Positions 8,505 through 18,110 of a DNA stretch of 64,000 nucleotides are shown here, piece after piece (within the stretch, counting starts at the first letter, position 1; each line of letters starts with the position of its first letter). A program made the translations under genes and the position numbers. The notes under the pieces are model-generated. The model had not been told where the DNA came from and ran no database searches. It saw only the letters and a program-made list of their open reading frames with translations. Where the stretch lies: positions 116,461 to 180,460 of the IMG/VR virus record IMGVR_UViG_3300032294_002877; one strand, given 5' to 3'. Source of the DNA: a virus.

Positions 8505-10399
8505 ATGGACGTGAATAAAAGGTATGTGCCTTTACACGTCCATTCCTAGGTGAATCTCATTATTCACTTTTGGATGGACTTTCAAAACCCTCGCAGATAG
8601 CAGAAAGATGCGTCAATATTGGCGTAAACTCCTGCGCACTTACTGATCATGGAACCATATCGGGATGTGTTCAATTCTATCAAGAATTAAAAGCTAAAAA
8701 GATTAAGCCTATTCTTGGTTGTGAGCTATATTTATGTCATCAAAATGCCACAATAAAGACTAAGGACAATTCATCCCTAAGTCATTTCATAGTTTTGGCT
8801 AAAAATTTTGCCGGTTGGAAAACACTGATCAAGATAGTATCTGAAGCCAATAAACCAAATAAATTTTATCATAAGCCAAGATTAAGTATGGCTGAGTTAG
8901 CAGAATATTTAGACGGTAATATTATTGGGTTCTGTGGACATCTAGGATCATATTTGTCCAATATAATAGAAAATAAAGACGGGTCTGAATCAAAGAAGTT
9001 GGGTATAGATTTTATCTCACAGATGAATGATATTTTTGGTAAAGGCAATTTCTTTTTAGAGTCTCAGCTAATGGACCAACAGCACAATCCTGCTCAAGTA
9101 CAACTAACAGAATACATAAGAAACTTAGGTAGTGCGACAAATACAAAAGTAATATGCACTCCCGATGCTCATTATTGTGAGAAAAGCGATGCTGTTGATC
9201 AGCGCATACTCCTATGCAACAATCTAAAGACTACTCTTGTTAATATAAATAAGAGATTATTAGATAATGAAGATGTTCCGATGTCGTGTTTTTTCAGATC
9301 GGACAACTATCATATTTTATCGCCAGAAGAGATGATAGATATTCATACAGAGGAAGAAATAGATAATACAAATTATCTTAACTCATTATGCGAAGAATAC
9401 TCCATTCTTAGCAAACCATTACTTCCTCCCTTCTCTTGCCCAGACGGATACGATCCAGATGAGTATCTTAGGGAACTGTGTCGCAAAGGCTGGAGAGAAA
9501 AAATATCTAGTGTTATTGCTGAAAATGAGCAACAAGAATATCTTGATAGAATCAAATACGAACTAGAAATTTTACAGGGTGCCGGGCTTAGTAGTTATTT
9601 TTTGATTGTTCAGGATATAGTCGAGTATGTTCGTCAACAAAATTGGCTTCCGGGTGTCGGTAGAGGTAGTGCTGCCGGATGTCTGGTGTCATATTTAATC
9701 GGAATTACTAATATTGATCCAATCAAGTATAACCTTCTATTTGAAAGATTCTATAATGTTGGAAGAAATTCAGCTGATAGAATCTCAATGCCAGATATCG
9801 ATGTTGACGTTCCGATCAACAAACGAGAGCTGATCATAGAATACATAAAAAATAAATATGGTCAAGAAAAAGTATCTCAGATGATAACATATAATACTAT
9901 GAAGGGTCGCGGTGCTCTAAAAGAAGTTCTACGAGTATATGATAATATAACTTTTGAAGAGATGAATAAAATAACCAAAAATATACCTGATGAGGCTAAA
10001 ATAGCGGACGAATTACAAGAGATGAAAGAAGATACTGGCGAATCCTCGATCATACGCTGGGCATTAGAAAATAATGTTGACAAACTCAAAGAGTGGTGCT
10101 ATATTAATACTGATGGCACCCTGGCTGGGCCGTTGTCAAAAAGGTTTGAGCAGGCTATTCGTTTAGAGGGAACTAAATCTAATCAATCCAAACATGCGGC
10201 TGGAGTTGTGATATCTAGTCAAGAATTATCGAGTGTTTGTCCGATGGTTTATGATAGCAAAAATGATCAAGCAATAGCTGGTATGGAGATGCAAGATTTA
10301 GAAGCGATTGGTGTAATCAAGTTCGATATTTTAGGTATCGCTTTATTAGACAAAATGATGAACATATCAGACGTACTAAAAAATGGAGACTCTTTATGA
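8505..10399 (+). CDS. dnaE: DNA polymerase III alpha (DnaE), N-terminal part (PHP + palm). Coding is discontinuous: 8505-8546 joined to 8558-10399.
   Basis: 8505-8546 encodes MDVNKRYVPLHVHS, then TAG. The frame from 8558 encodes HYSLLDGLSKP...LTDHG...LGCELY...TPDAHY...GRGSAAG...SMPDIDVD...KFDILG. Joined, they give a canonical PHP N-terminus. Confidence 0.9.
8544..8557 (+). other. candidate translational bypass element (take-off TCC 8544-8546, stop TAG 8547-8549, landing TCT 8555-8557)
   Basis: An 11-nt non-coding insert inside the conserved HxHS-HYSLLDG motif, with matched Ser codons and a stop directly after the take-off codon. Confidence 0.6.
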
Positions 10400-10575
10400 T
10401 TAAAACATTTGCAGAATTACCGGTTGGTGCTAGATTTTCGGTAGATAATATTGAATATATAAAAACAGAAACAATCAGAGTTAGCTGCTGTCAAAGCATA
10501 AATGCTGAACAAGTAGCCAATGCGTCAGTTAAGAACTTTTTTGCAGACGATAAAGCGGTAAATATTAATGCCTAA
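10396..10575 (+). CDS. small 59-aa protein not in the ORF track (MIKTFAELPVGARF...VSCCQ...NINA)
   Basis: ATGA overlap with the dnaE-N stop, GGAG upstream, overlaps the exonuclease start by 8 nt, fills the gap exactly. Confidence 0.7.
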   Translation: MIKTFAELPVGARFSVDNIEYIKTETIRVSCCQSINAEQVANASVKNFFADDKAVNINA

Positions 10576-11263
10576 TTTCCAAAAAATTTGTGTCTTTGAT
10601 CTGGAAACGGACGGATCGAATCCAGACAAGTGTAGTCCTGTACAAATAGCGGCTGTGATGGTTGATCCATTGTCTTTGGATATTGTTCCAAATTCAGAAT
10701 TCAATATTAATCTCAAACCAGAAGCTATTGAGGACAATCCTGAATATGCATATGCAGATAGCGATGTGTTAGACTTTCATGCTAAAGTTAGGGGATCTTC
10801 TAAGCAGGAGATTTTGAACGAATGGAAAGGATATCAGAAACAGGATCTAGGATGGAAATTATTTGTTTCGTATCTAGAGATGTATCATATCAGATCCGAT
10901 AAAAAATCTTGTTTTACGGCTCCTATTGCTGGTGGATTTAATATAAATAGGTTTGATCTAAGAATTATAGATAGGCTTAGCGTGAAATATAATAATCTAA
11001 ATAAAGAAGGTAGAAGCTCCTTATTCTATCCTAGAGATGTTATAGATGTAATGAATATGTTATTTTATTGGTTTGAAGGCAATAATGAGCTCAAGAACTA
11101 CACACTAGATAATCTTAGAGATTACTTAGGATTAAGCAAAGAAGGGGCTCATGACGCATTGAAGGACGTCAAAGATACGGCCCAGATACTTGTAAGGTTT
11201 CTAAAGTTACACAGAAATTTATCCAAGAAAGTAAAATTTAAGGGATCGTTTGTTAATGTCTGA
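10568..11263 (+). CDS. dnaQ: DEDDh 3'-5' exonuclease (DnaQ/epsilon-like)
   Basis: ExoI VFDLETDG, ExoII GFNINRFDL, ExoIII AHDALKDV. Confidence 0.85.
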   Translation: MPNFQKICVFDLETDGSNPDKCSPVQIAAVMVDPLSLDIVPNSEFNINLKPEAIEDNPEYAYADSDVLDFHAKVRGSSKQEILNEWKGYQKQDLGWKLFVSYLEMYHIRSDKKSCFTAPIAGGFNINRFDLRIIDRLSVKYNNLNKEGRSSLFYPRDVIDVMNMLFYWFEGNNELKNYTLDNLRDYLGLSKEGAHDALKDVKDTAQILVRFLKLHRNLSKKVKFKGSFVNV

Positions 11264-12884
11264 ATACTTTGTTTTTGACTGCGGATGCAAATTCCGTGTT
11301 TTGGATAACAGCGGAGAATTTCCTCTGATAGATTTTTCTCCAAAATTAGAGAATATTAATTTATCATGTTCTAGAACCTGGGATCTGATTAGTTCTGGAA
11401 ATACTAAGGGTTGTTTTCAGTTAGAGTCTAGATTAGGACAAATGATGGCTAAAAAATTAAAGCCAGAGAATATAGAACAACTCTCGGCCTTAATTGCTGT
11501 GCTCAGACCAGGAACATTGGAGGCCATACGAGACGGTAAAAGCGTCACCAATCACTATATAGATAAAAAGAACGGTCTTGAGTCTATAGACTATTTCCAT
11601 ACTGCTTTAGAGCCTATTCTAGATAAAACGTATGGAGAAATGATATATCAAGAACAAGCGATGGAAATTGCACAAACCATAGCGGGCTTCGATCTAAAAG
11701 AAGCGGACATGTTACGTAAAGCTATTGGTAAGAAAAAACCCGAGGAAATGGCCAAATTGAAAAACAAATTCATAGATGGATCTGTGAAGCAAAATATAGT
11801 CACGGAATCACAAGCAGAAGAAATTTTCGGATGGATTCAGAAAAGCCAACGATATAGCTTTAATAAATCGCATTCTGTTAGTTATGCTATTAATGCATAT
11901 GTATCTGCGTATGCAAAAGCTCATTTTCCGAGAGTTTTTTTTGCTTCTTATCTAAAATTTGCTAAAGACAAAATAGACCCTCAAAGAGAAATTAAAGAAT
12001 TGGTTAGAAATGCTAATGAGATGGATATTGGAGTAAGAACACCAGATTTCAGGAATCTAAACAGGTTCTTTCTGATTAAAAACAAAGAGATCTATTTTGG
12101 ATTAACCGATATTAAAGGTGTCGGAGACTCTGTATATAAAAAAATAATAGATCTATGTAAGGATATAGATTTATCCAAAGCTAGCTGGCTAGACATTCTA
12201 TTTAAAATATTATTGAATATTAATTCTACTGCGAGCAAAGCACTGATAAGCAGTGGAGCTATAGATTATTTTCATAAAAATAGAACAGAAATGCTATTTG
12301 AGTATGAGGTAGTATCTTCTTTTACTAAAAAAGAAATAGAAAAACTAATTGCTCTATATGAACAAGATCATAATATATCAGATTTAAATAAACTAATAGA
12401 ATTAGGTATTAATGGTTCTATAGCGAATAAAAATAGAATAGAGATTTTTAAGAATTTACTAAAATCTTTACGTCATCCTCCGTATTCACTAACGGATAAA
12501 ATAGAGTGGTTGTCTGATTCTGAAAATTCTTTACTAGGAGTATCAATAACTTGTTCGAAGCTAGACTCATACGATATAGAGATGACTAATACTAATTGTA
12601 AAACTTTTAAGACGACTCTATTATCTGATAAGATTGTTATAGCAGGAGAGATAACGAATATAAATGTTGTTAAAACAAAGACTGGTAAAAATCCGGGACA
12701 AGAGATGGCTTTTATAAGTATAGAGGATCAGACAGGCATACTGGATTCAGTCATAATGTTTCCGGAGCAATGGTCTAATTTCAAATCTCATTTATTCGTT
12801 GGAAATGTTCTGATTTTTGTAGGGAATAAGGCGAAAAACAAGGACGGTCTTATAGTTGAAAAGTGTTTTGTTCCGCGAACTTGA
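11256..12884 (+). CDS. dnaE: DNA polymerase III alpha (DnaE), C-terminal part (fingers, HhH, OB fold)
   Basis: GCFQLES, LRPG, IYQEQAM, ADMLRKAIGKKK, YSFNKSHSVSYA, FGLTDIKGVG, OB fold AGEIT...MAFISIED. ATG 11256 is preferred. Confidence 0.9.
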   Translation: MSEYFVFDCGCKFRVLDNSGEFPLIDFSPKLENINLSCSRTWDLISSGNTKGCFQLESRLGQMMAKKLKPENIEQLSALIAVLRPGTLEAIRDGKSVTNHYIDKKNGLESIDYFHTALEPILDKTYGEMIYQEQAMEIAQTIAGFDLKEADMLRKAIGKKKPEEMAKLKNKFIDGSVKQNIVTESQAEEIFGWIQKSQRYSFNKSHSVSYAINAYVSAYAKAHFPRVFFASYLKFAKDKIDPQREIKELVRNANEMDIGVRTPDFRNLNRFFLIKNKEIYFGLTDIKGVGDSVYKKIIDLCKDIDLSKASWLDILFKILLNINSTASKALISSGAIDYFHKNRTEMLFEYEVVSSFTKKEIEKLIALYEQDHNISDLNKLIELGINGSIANKNRIEIFKNLLKSLRHPPYSLTDKIEWLSDSENSLLGVSITCSKLDSYDIEMTNTNCKTFKTTLLSDKIVIAGEITNINVVKTKTGKNPGQEMAFISIEDQTGILDSVIMFPEQWSNFKSHLFVGNVLIFVGNKAKNKDGLIVEKCFVPRT

Positions 12885-12908
12885 CACCCTCTCGGTTTCT
12901 TTTATCAT
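12881..12908 (+). promoter_or_regulatory. sigma70-like promoter upstream of ssb
   Basis: TTGACA (12881-12886), 16-nt spacer, TATCAT (12903-12908); SD AAGGAG at 12937-12942. Confidence 0.6.
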
Positions 12909-12948
12909 AGAATGTTGAGTTTTTCTTTTTTTAATCAAGGAGTTTGAT

Positions 12949-13320
12949 ATGAACATAACTATTTTGCGTGGTAATCTAGCACGAGATCCTGAGCTTAGGT
13001 CTGTTAACACAGGCGGTAAGCAAACTTCTGTAGTCAATTTTACAGTAGCTGTTTCTCGTGAATACACCAAGGCTTCTGGTGAGAAGGACAAGGTAACATC
13101 CTTTATCAATTGTGAAGCATGGGATACCGGCGCAGAAATTATTGGGTCTTCTTTCAAGAAGGGCGATCTGGTTCTGGTAGAAGGATCTCTAAGGAATGAC
13201 ACATGGGAAAAGGACGGCGTGAAGCATAGTAGTCTAAAGGTAAGAGTTAATAACTTCTCTAAGATTACTAAGTTATCTAAGCCCACAAAGAACGAGGAAA
13301 CAGAACCAGTAGCATTCTGA
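12949..13320 (+). CDS. ssb: single-stranded DNA-binding protein
   Basis: ILRGNLARDPELR, FTVAVSR, FINCEAW, GDLVLVEGSLRNDTW, C-terminal PVAF tail. Confidence 0.93.
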   Translation: MNITILRGNLARDPELRSVNTGGKQTSVVNFTVAVSREYTKASGEKDKVTSFINCEAWDTGAEIIGSSFKKGDLVLVEGSLRNDTWEKDGVKHSSLKVRVNNFSKITKLSKPTKNEETEPVAF

Positions 13321-13340
13321 GGCAAGGACGCTACTATCGA

Positions 13341-13374
13341 TAATAAGTAGGGGGCTTCGGCCCCTTATTTATTA
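13341..13374 (+). terminator. intrinsic terminator after ssb
   Basis: GGGGC-TTCG-GCCCC hairpin (13351-13364) with a UUCG tetraloop, followed by TTATTT and flanked by A/T-rich arms. Confidence 0.8.
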
Positions 13375-13396
13375 TGTATACTTACACATAAAATAT

Positions 13397-15061
13397 ATGA
13401 AGAATAAACTTAAGATTCTAATGTGTTCCGAGGCTAGTTTTCTTAGTTCTGGCTTTGGTATTTATGCGAAAGAGATATTATCCAGACTACATAATACTGG
13501 TAAATATGAGATAGCAGAATTTGCATCTTATGGTGTGGTAAATGATCCAAGAGATAAGACGATACCATGGAAATATTACGCCAATGCCGTTAAAGAAAAC
13601 GATCCAAGACATAAAGAATATACTTCTAGAGGAGATAACCAATTTGGTAGGTGGAGATTTGAGAAAGTTCTATTAGACTTTAGGCCAGATGTGGTTATAG
13701 ATGTTAGAGATTACTGGATGAGTCATTACGAAGGAATATCTCCGTTACGCAAGTTTTACCATTGGATACTAATGCCAACTGTTGATTCCGAACCTCAGCA
13801 AGAGGAATGGATGGATACATATTTGTCTGCTGATGCTATTTTTACATATTCGGACTGGGGAGCTGAAGTGTTAAAAAAACAAAGCTCTGACAAAGTTAAT
13901 TACATAGCAACGGCGTCTCCGGGTGTGGATTTACAAACTTTCAAAATTCTACCAAATAAAATAGAGATTAAAAAAACTCTTGGACTACCTTTGGATTCTC
14001 TTATAATTGGATCGGTCATGAGAAACCAAAAACGTAAGCTAATACCAGAGTTAATGATTTCTTTTAGAAAATTTCTTGATATACTAGAACAATCTGGTAA
14101 CCCATTAGGAGAAAAGACATACCTATATCTACATACTAGCTATCCAGATATGGGTTGGGATATTCCCGAACTATTGAAAGATAACAGATTGTCTAATCGT
14201 GTGCTATTCACTTATGCTTGTAGAAAATGTTCTTTTACAGAATCAACTGTCTATTTAGGGCCGAATAGAACATGCCCAAGATGTCTAAACAAGTCGATGA
14301 CTATGCCATCTGTAACTAATGGTATTACATCAGAAAAATTATGCGAAATATATAATACTTTTGATTTGTATGTTCAGTATGCTATATGTGAGGGTTTTGG
14401 TATGCCTCAAGTAGAGGCTGGAGCATGCGGTATTCCTATTGCGACTGTTGAATACAGTGCGATGGTGGACATTATTAAAAAACTAGATGCCATGAGCATA
14501 AAACCAAAAACACACTTTAAAGAATTAGAAACAAAAGCGATTAGGGTATACCCAGATAACGATCAACTAGTTGATTGTATGATCGAAATAGCCTCATTGT
14601 CTGAATCGAAAAAAAATGAGAGAAGACTAAATACAAGAAAATTAACAGAAAAATATTACAACTGGGATGATATAGCTTCAGTATGGGAAAGATACCTAGA
14701 TCAAGTGGATCTGCACTATAGATCAAATTGGGATTCTCCTCCTCAATATATAGCAGACTCCCTACCTGATCCTTCTCAAGTAAATAATACTATTTTTTTC
14801 CATACAATGAAAACTATAACAGAAAATATAGCAACACATCACAACAAATTATCTTCTATGCAAATGTTATATATGTTACAAAATTGCGACTATGGATTTT
14901 CTGGTGCCGGTGCAGGGCTGCAGAATTACAATTATAACAATGTGTTGGAACATTTTAAAATAGAAATTGATAATATCAACCAGTCAGAAAATGTAAGATA
15001 CAATAAAACAAAATTTAATGATGATTTTATTCAATACGCTCATATCAAAAGCAATACATAA
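13397..15061 (+). CDS. GT-B (family 4-like) glycosyltransferase with inserted Zn ribbon
   Basis: KILMCSEASFLSSGFG N-terminus, IGSVMRNQKRK, EGFGMPQVEAGACGIP, internal CRKC-x14-CPRC. Confidence 0.85.
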   Translation: MKNKLKILMCSEASFLSSGFGIYAKEILSRLHNTGKYEIAEFASYGVVNDPRDKTIPWKYYANAVKENDPRHKEYTSRGDNQFGRWRFEKVLLDFRPDVVIDVRDYWMSHYEGISPLRKFYHWILMPTVDSEPQQEEWMDTYLSADAIFTYSDWGAEVLKKQSSDKVNYIATASPGVDLQTFKILPNKIEIKKTLGLPLDSLIIGSVMRNQKRKLIPELMISFRKFLDILEQSGNPLGEKTYLYLHTSYPDMGWDIPELLKDNRLSNRVLFTYACRKCSFTESTVYLGPNRTCPRCLNKSMTMPSVTNGITSEKLCEIYNTFDLYVQYAICEGFGMPQVEAGACGIPIATVEYSAMVDIIKKLDAMSIKPKTHFKELETKAIRVYPDNDQLVDCMIEIASLSESKKNERRLNTRKLTEKYYNWDDIASVWERYLDQVDLHYRSNWDSPPQYIADSLPDPSQVNNTIFFHTMKTITENIATHHNKLSSMQMLYMLQNCDYGFSGAGAGLQNYNYNNVLEHFKIEIDNINQSENVRYNKTKFNDDFIQYAHIKSNT

Positions 15062-16083
15062 TGAATATACTCTATCTAGGACCGTATAGGCAAACCGATT
15101 ATATAGGGCAGGTATCGTCTTTGCATATAGATTCTATAGCTCGTAAATTAAAAAAAGAAGATCGCCTAATTACAAGGGCCGTATATCTAGACTATTCTTT
15201 GTCAGATGGAACTTACACGACAAAAAAATATGAAAAAATAGATAATATTAACAAAATAGATACGATAGTGCAGTATTTGCCTATAGACTGTATGGCTATA
15301 AATACAGATACTTTCAATGTTGCGATACCCATTCTCGATGCAAAAATACACAATATAACAAATAATCCAGTATACAAAACATTAAATTTTTATGACAAGA
15401 TCTTGGTTGATGACGATAAACAAAAAAATATTATTAGAGCAGTATGTTCAGATAAAAAGATCGGTATCTATGATGAAAAAATAACTGATTCTAAAATGCA
15501 GTTATTGAACCTTAGTCCAGAAAACGACCAAGTTTATAAATTTGGCTTTATAGGACAATATAATAAAAATAAACAAATCATACAAAAAATACTCACTTCG
15601 TTTTTACTTTCAGTTAAAAATAATGATAATATCAGATTATTTTTATTTTTGAGAGCTTTAGATAATGAAAAAAATGAACTTGTATCTTTTATTAAAGATC
15701 TACAAAATCAATTAGGAATACCTGAATATATAGACAGAATACAGAATATTTTTAGTATGTGGAATTTGGAAGAGAGTATTATTGCATTAAATTCAATTGA
15801 TTGTCTAATATCAATTAATGACGACTACAAACAAACTCTTTATGAAAAATATTTTATAAATAGAGGAAACAACAACTATCTGATTAATAGAAATAATTTA
15901 ATCAGCGTGGAAACACCAGTGACAAATACGCCATTCAGTCAGTCTTATTCCGATACTGTTAGTTCAGTATCCACCCAAGATCTGATTCAAAAAATTTCTT
16001 CAGCATCAGTAAATAATATTCAGAAAAATAAAAAAACAGAACATCAGACTCTAGGCGAACACATATGCAAAATTCTAGCGTAG
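15061..16083 (+). CDS. divergent glycosyltransferase-like protein
   Basis: MNILYLGPYRQ start and YKFGFIG...KQIIQKIL pattern resemble GT-B; catalytic EGFG motif not seen; adjacent to a GT4. Confidence 0.5.
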   Translation: MNILYLGPYRQTDYIGQVSSLHIDSIARKLKKEDRLITRAVYLDYSLSDGTYTTKKYEKIDNINKIDTIVQYLPIDCMAINTDTFNVAIPILDAKIHNITNNPVYKTLNFYDKILVDDDKQKNIIRAVCSDKKIGIYDEKITDSKMQLLNLSPENDQVYKFGFIGQYNKNKQIIQKILTSFLLSVKNNDNIRLFLFLRALDNEKNELVSFIKDLQNQLGIPEYIDRIQNIFSMWNLEESIIALNSIDCLISINDDYKQTLYEKYFINRGNNNYLINRNNLISVETPVTNTPFSQSYSDTVSSVSTQDLIQKISSASVNNIQKNKKTEHQTLGEHICKILA

Positions 16084-16964
16084 CCAACAATATTACAAAA
16101 ACAGTAAAGTCATGCTGCACAACAAGCGGTTCAAAACTACACATATTGTATGACGGAGCCGTATCATTATTCGATGATTTGTTAGATAGTTTAGACTATC
16201 TTAATATTTTCCCTTTAATGGCAGAGGATAAAAGGAAGTATACGGATTTTATAGGTTATGATTTATTTTTATCTAATAATCCAGTGTGGGCTTCTTCTAA
16301 TATAAGTCAACTATTAAGTTTTCATCTCAATATTGTGGTCTTTTTTCATAGTACATGTCCTAATAATTTCAAGAAGGAAGATAAGTTTCTTTTAAAGAAT
16401 TCCTTAAAATATGTACATAAAATATTTTCTAGTGATATCGTAATGAGTAGTTGGGGTTTTGACACAACAGATGATAGATCATACACTATTGATTATGGTA
16501 TTCGTAAACTGCCAATCAATCAGCCTAAGAATATAGATATTTGTATTTTGAATATTAACAGCAACCCGTCTGTTAAAATGCTATATAACTATATCAAAAA
16601 TGTCTATCCAAATACTATATTAGTAGACAATAGTAATTATACCAATATATATGAAACACTACTTAAATCTAAAATATGTATCGAAGCAGAATCAGAGTTT
16701 AATATTTATAGCGCAATAGCACATAAATGTTATGTTATATCCTCTATGAAATCGTTATCGTGTGAAGGACTGATTAATATTCCCTCATATGACAATATAC
16801 AAAAAGCTATAAATAGCATCTTATCTAACTATAATGAAGATATGACAATACTTAACTCGGATTCTATACTAAAAAAGTATAGTCTGGATGAATTTGCTAT
16901 GTCATTTGAAAAAATACTACGTAATATAATTAAGGAACCATATATTTATGCAAAGAACATATAA
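16065..16964 (+). CDS. divergent glycosyltransferase-like protein
   Basis: C-terminal KSKICI...SAIAHKCYVIS resembles the GT-B nucleotide-binding segment; cluster context. Confidence 0.45.
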   Translation: MQNSSVANNITKTVKSCCTTSGSKLHILYDGAVSLFDDLLDSLDYLNIFPLMAEDKRKYTDFIGYDLFLSNNPVWASSNISQLLSFHLNIVVFFHSTCPNNFKKEDKFLLKNSLKYVHKIFSSDIVMSSWGFDTTDDRSYTIDYGIRKLPINQPKNIDICILNINSNPSVKMLYNYIKNVYPNTILVDNSNYTNIYETLLKSKICIEAESEFNIYSAIAHKCYVISSMKSLSCEGLINIPSYDNIQKAINSILSNYNEDMTILNSDSILKKYSLDEFAMSFEKILRNIIKEPYIYAKNI

Positions 16965-17379
16965 CATATATCATAGTAAATATAATAAAAATTTCATAGA
17001 TAACTGTCATAATATTGATTTTTATGATATTGATAATATAATTAATTATTCTGTAGATTTTATAAGATCGGATAGCTTCGAGTACTTAGATATAAGTTCC
17101 GTAAAAACAACCATAGATACACTTGTACATAAATTGAGAGTCGGTGGTGTCATGATGATATCTTTTTCGGACATGAAAAATTTATGCAAATCTTATTGTC
17201 ATAACGGTATGTCTGACAATGATTTATTATTATCTATTCAAAATAAACATAGTATTCTGTCCGTAGACTTTTTACAGGATCTCATCAAAACAGCATACAA
17301 AGATGTTGGTATATCAAAAATAGAATTTGATCACAAAAATAACAAAACCTACGTCTCTATAGAGAGAAAATCTATATGA
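16948..17379 (+). CDS. class I SAM-methyltransferase-like protein (degenerate)
   Basis: FEYL...LVHKLRVGGVMMISFSD resembles the EH..L..LKPGG.L.I..PD segment; glycine-rich motif I absent. Confidence 0.45.
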   Translation: MQRTYNIYHSKYNKNFIDNCHNIDFYDIDNIINYSVDFIRSDSFEYLDISSVKTTIDTLVHKLRVGGVMMISFSDMKNLCKSYCHNGMSDNDLLLSIQNKHSILSVDFLQDLIKTAYKDVGISKIEFDHKNNKTYVSIERKSI

Positions 17380-18110
17380 ACACACCTTGTGAAAAATGCA
17401 TCTTTTCTGACTATGCTGATAGTCAAGAGCCATGCAAATTTAATGTAATTCCATCAGCTAAAAAATATCATACTATCACAATCAAAAATAATTTTAACTA
17501 TATACAAAATTACCGTTGTCCATACGCATTTAGTATTGAATATTATAAGAGTAACTCAGACACTATTGGCGATATAGACAAGCTAGAGTCAGAACTTTTA
17601 AAAAGGGCGAGCATAGCGTACTATCTTATGATAGATATTCATAACCCAGATAGCATAGCAGATACTTGTAAAAAGGTCAACAGCCTATCACCAGTACCAA
17701 AATTCGTATCTTTTATTTTGCATAAAGAAAATACCACGAATTCTATCATAGACTCTATCAAGAATAAACTGGATCCAGAAATCCAATGGAAAGTACATAA
17801 TTTTTTGGAGGACTCTTCAGTAGATCATATTATCTCTACTGTATTAGATACTAATATTGAAAATAATGATTCGAAATATTTTTGGTTTAATACAGATGCC
17901 GATATTCAACTGCTTGATAGCGATATAAAGTCTATAGGCAAAATTATAACTCTGGAGCAGCCTGAATGCAGTGCCATGTTTAGGACTATTGATCATAGCG
18001 GACTGTTCATATCATTTGATGTTTATAAAAACGTAAGATCCATGATTGATATTAATATTTTTTATGGCTTAAAAGCTATACCTAATGTAAAATTTAATTA
18101 TTATGCTTAA
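17376..18110 (+). CDS. hypothetical protein (Cys-rich N-terminus, possible GT-A-like remnant)
   Basis: ATGA overlap with the previous gene; CEKC...C...C at the N-terminus. Confidence 0.6.
   Translation: MNTPCEKCIFSDYADSQEPCKFNVIPSAKKYHTITIKNNFNYIQNYRCPYAFSIEYYKSNSDTIGDIDKLESELLKRASIAYYLMIDIHNPDSIADTCKKVNSLSPVPKFVSFILHKENTTNSIIDSIKNKLDPEIQWKVHNFLEDSSVDHIISTVLDTNIENNDSKYFWFNTDADIQLLDSDIKSIGKIITLEQPECSAMFRTIDHSGLFISFDVYKNVRSMIDINIFYGLKAIPNVKFNYYA

Noticed and set aside
8547-8549. TAG reassignment (alternative genetic code) as the explanation of the dnaE interruption
   Set aside because: Reading through TAG continues in the wrong frame (VNLIIHFW...) and does not rejoin HYSLLDG. Other genes end normally in TAG (e.g. 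21792-21794), and the long ORFs need no recoding.
8570-8572. ORF-track start of dnaE at TTG 8570
   Set aside because: It lies inside the conserved SLLDG motif, omits the HxH metal ligands and has no well-spaced SD, whereas ATG 8505 does.
10300-11400. Split intein joining the DnaE halves
   Set aside because: No intein N- or C-terminal signatures are visible at either breakpoint.
12792-13325. 177-aa antisense ORF over ssb
   Set aside because: A shadow of a clearly recognisable ssb that has its own promoter, SD and terminator; no motif of its own.
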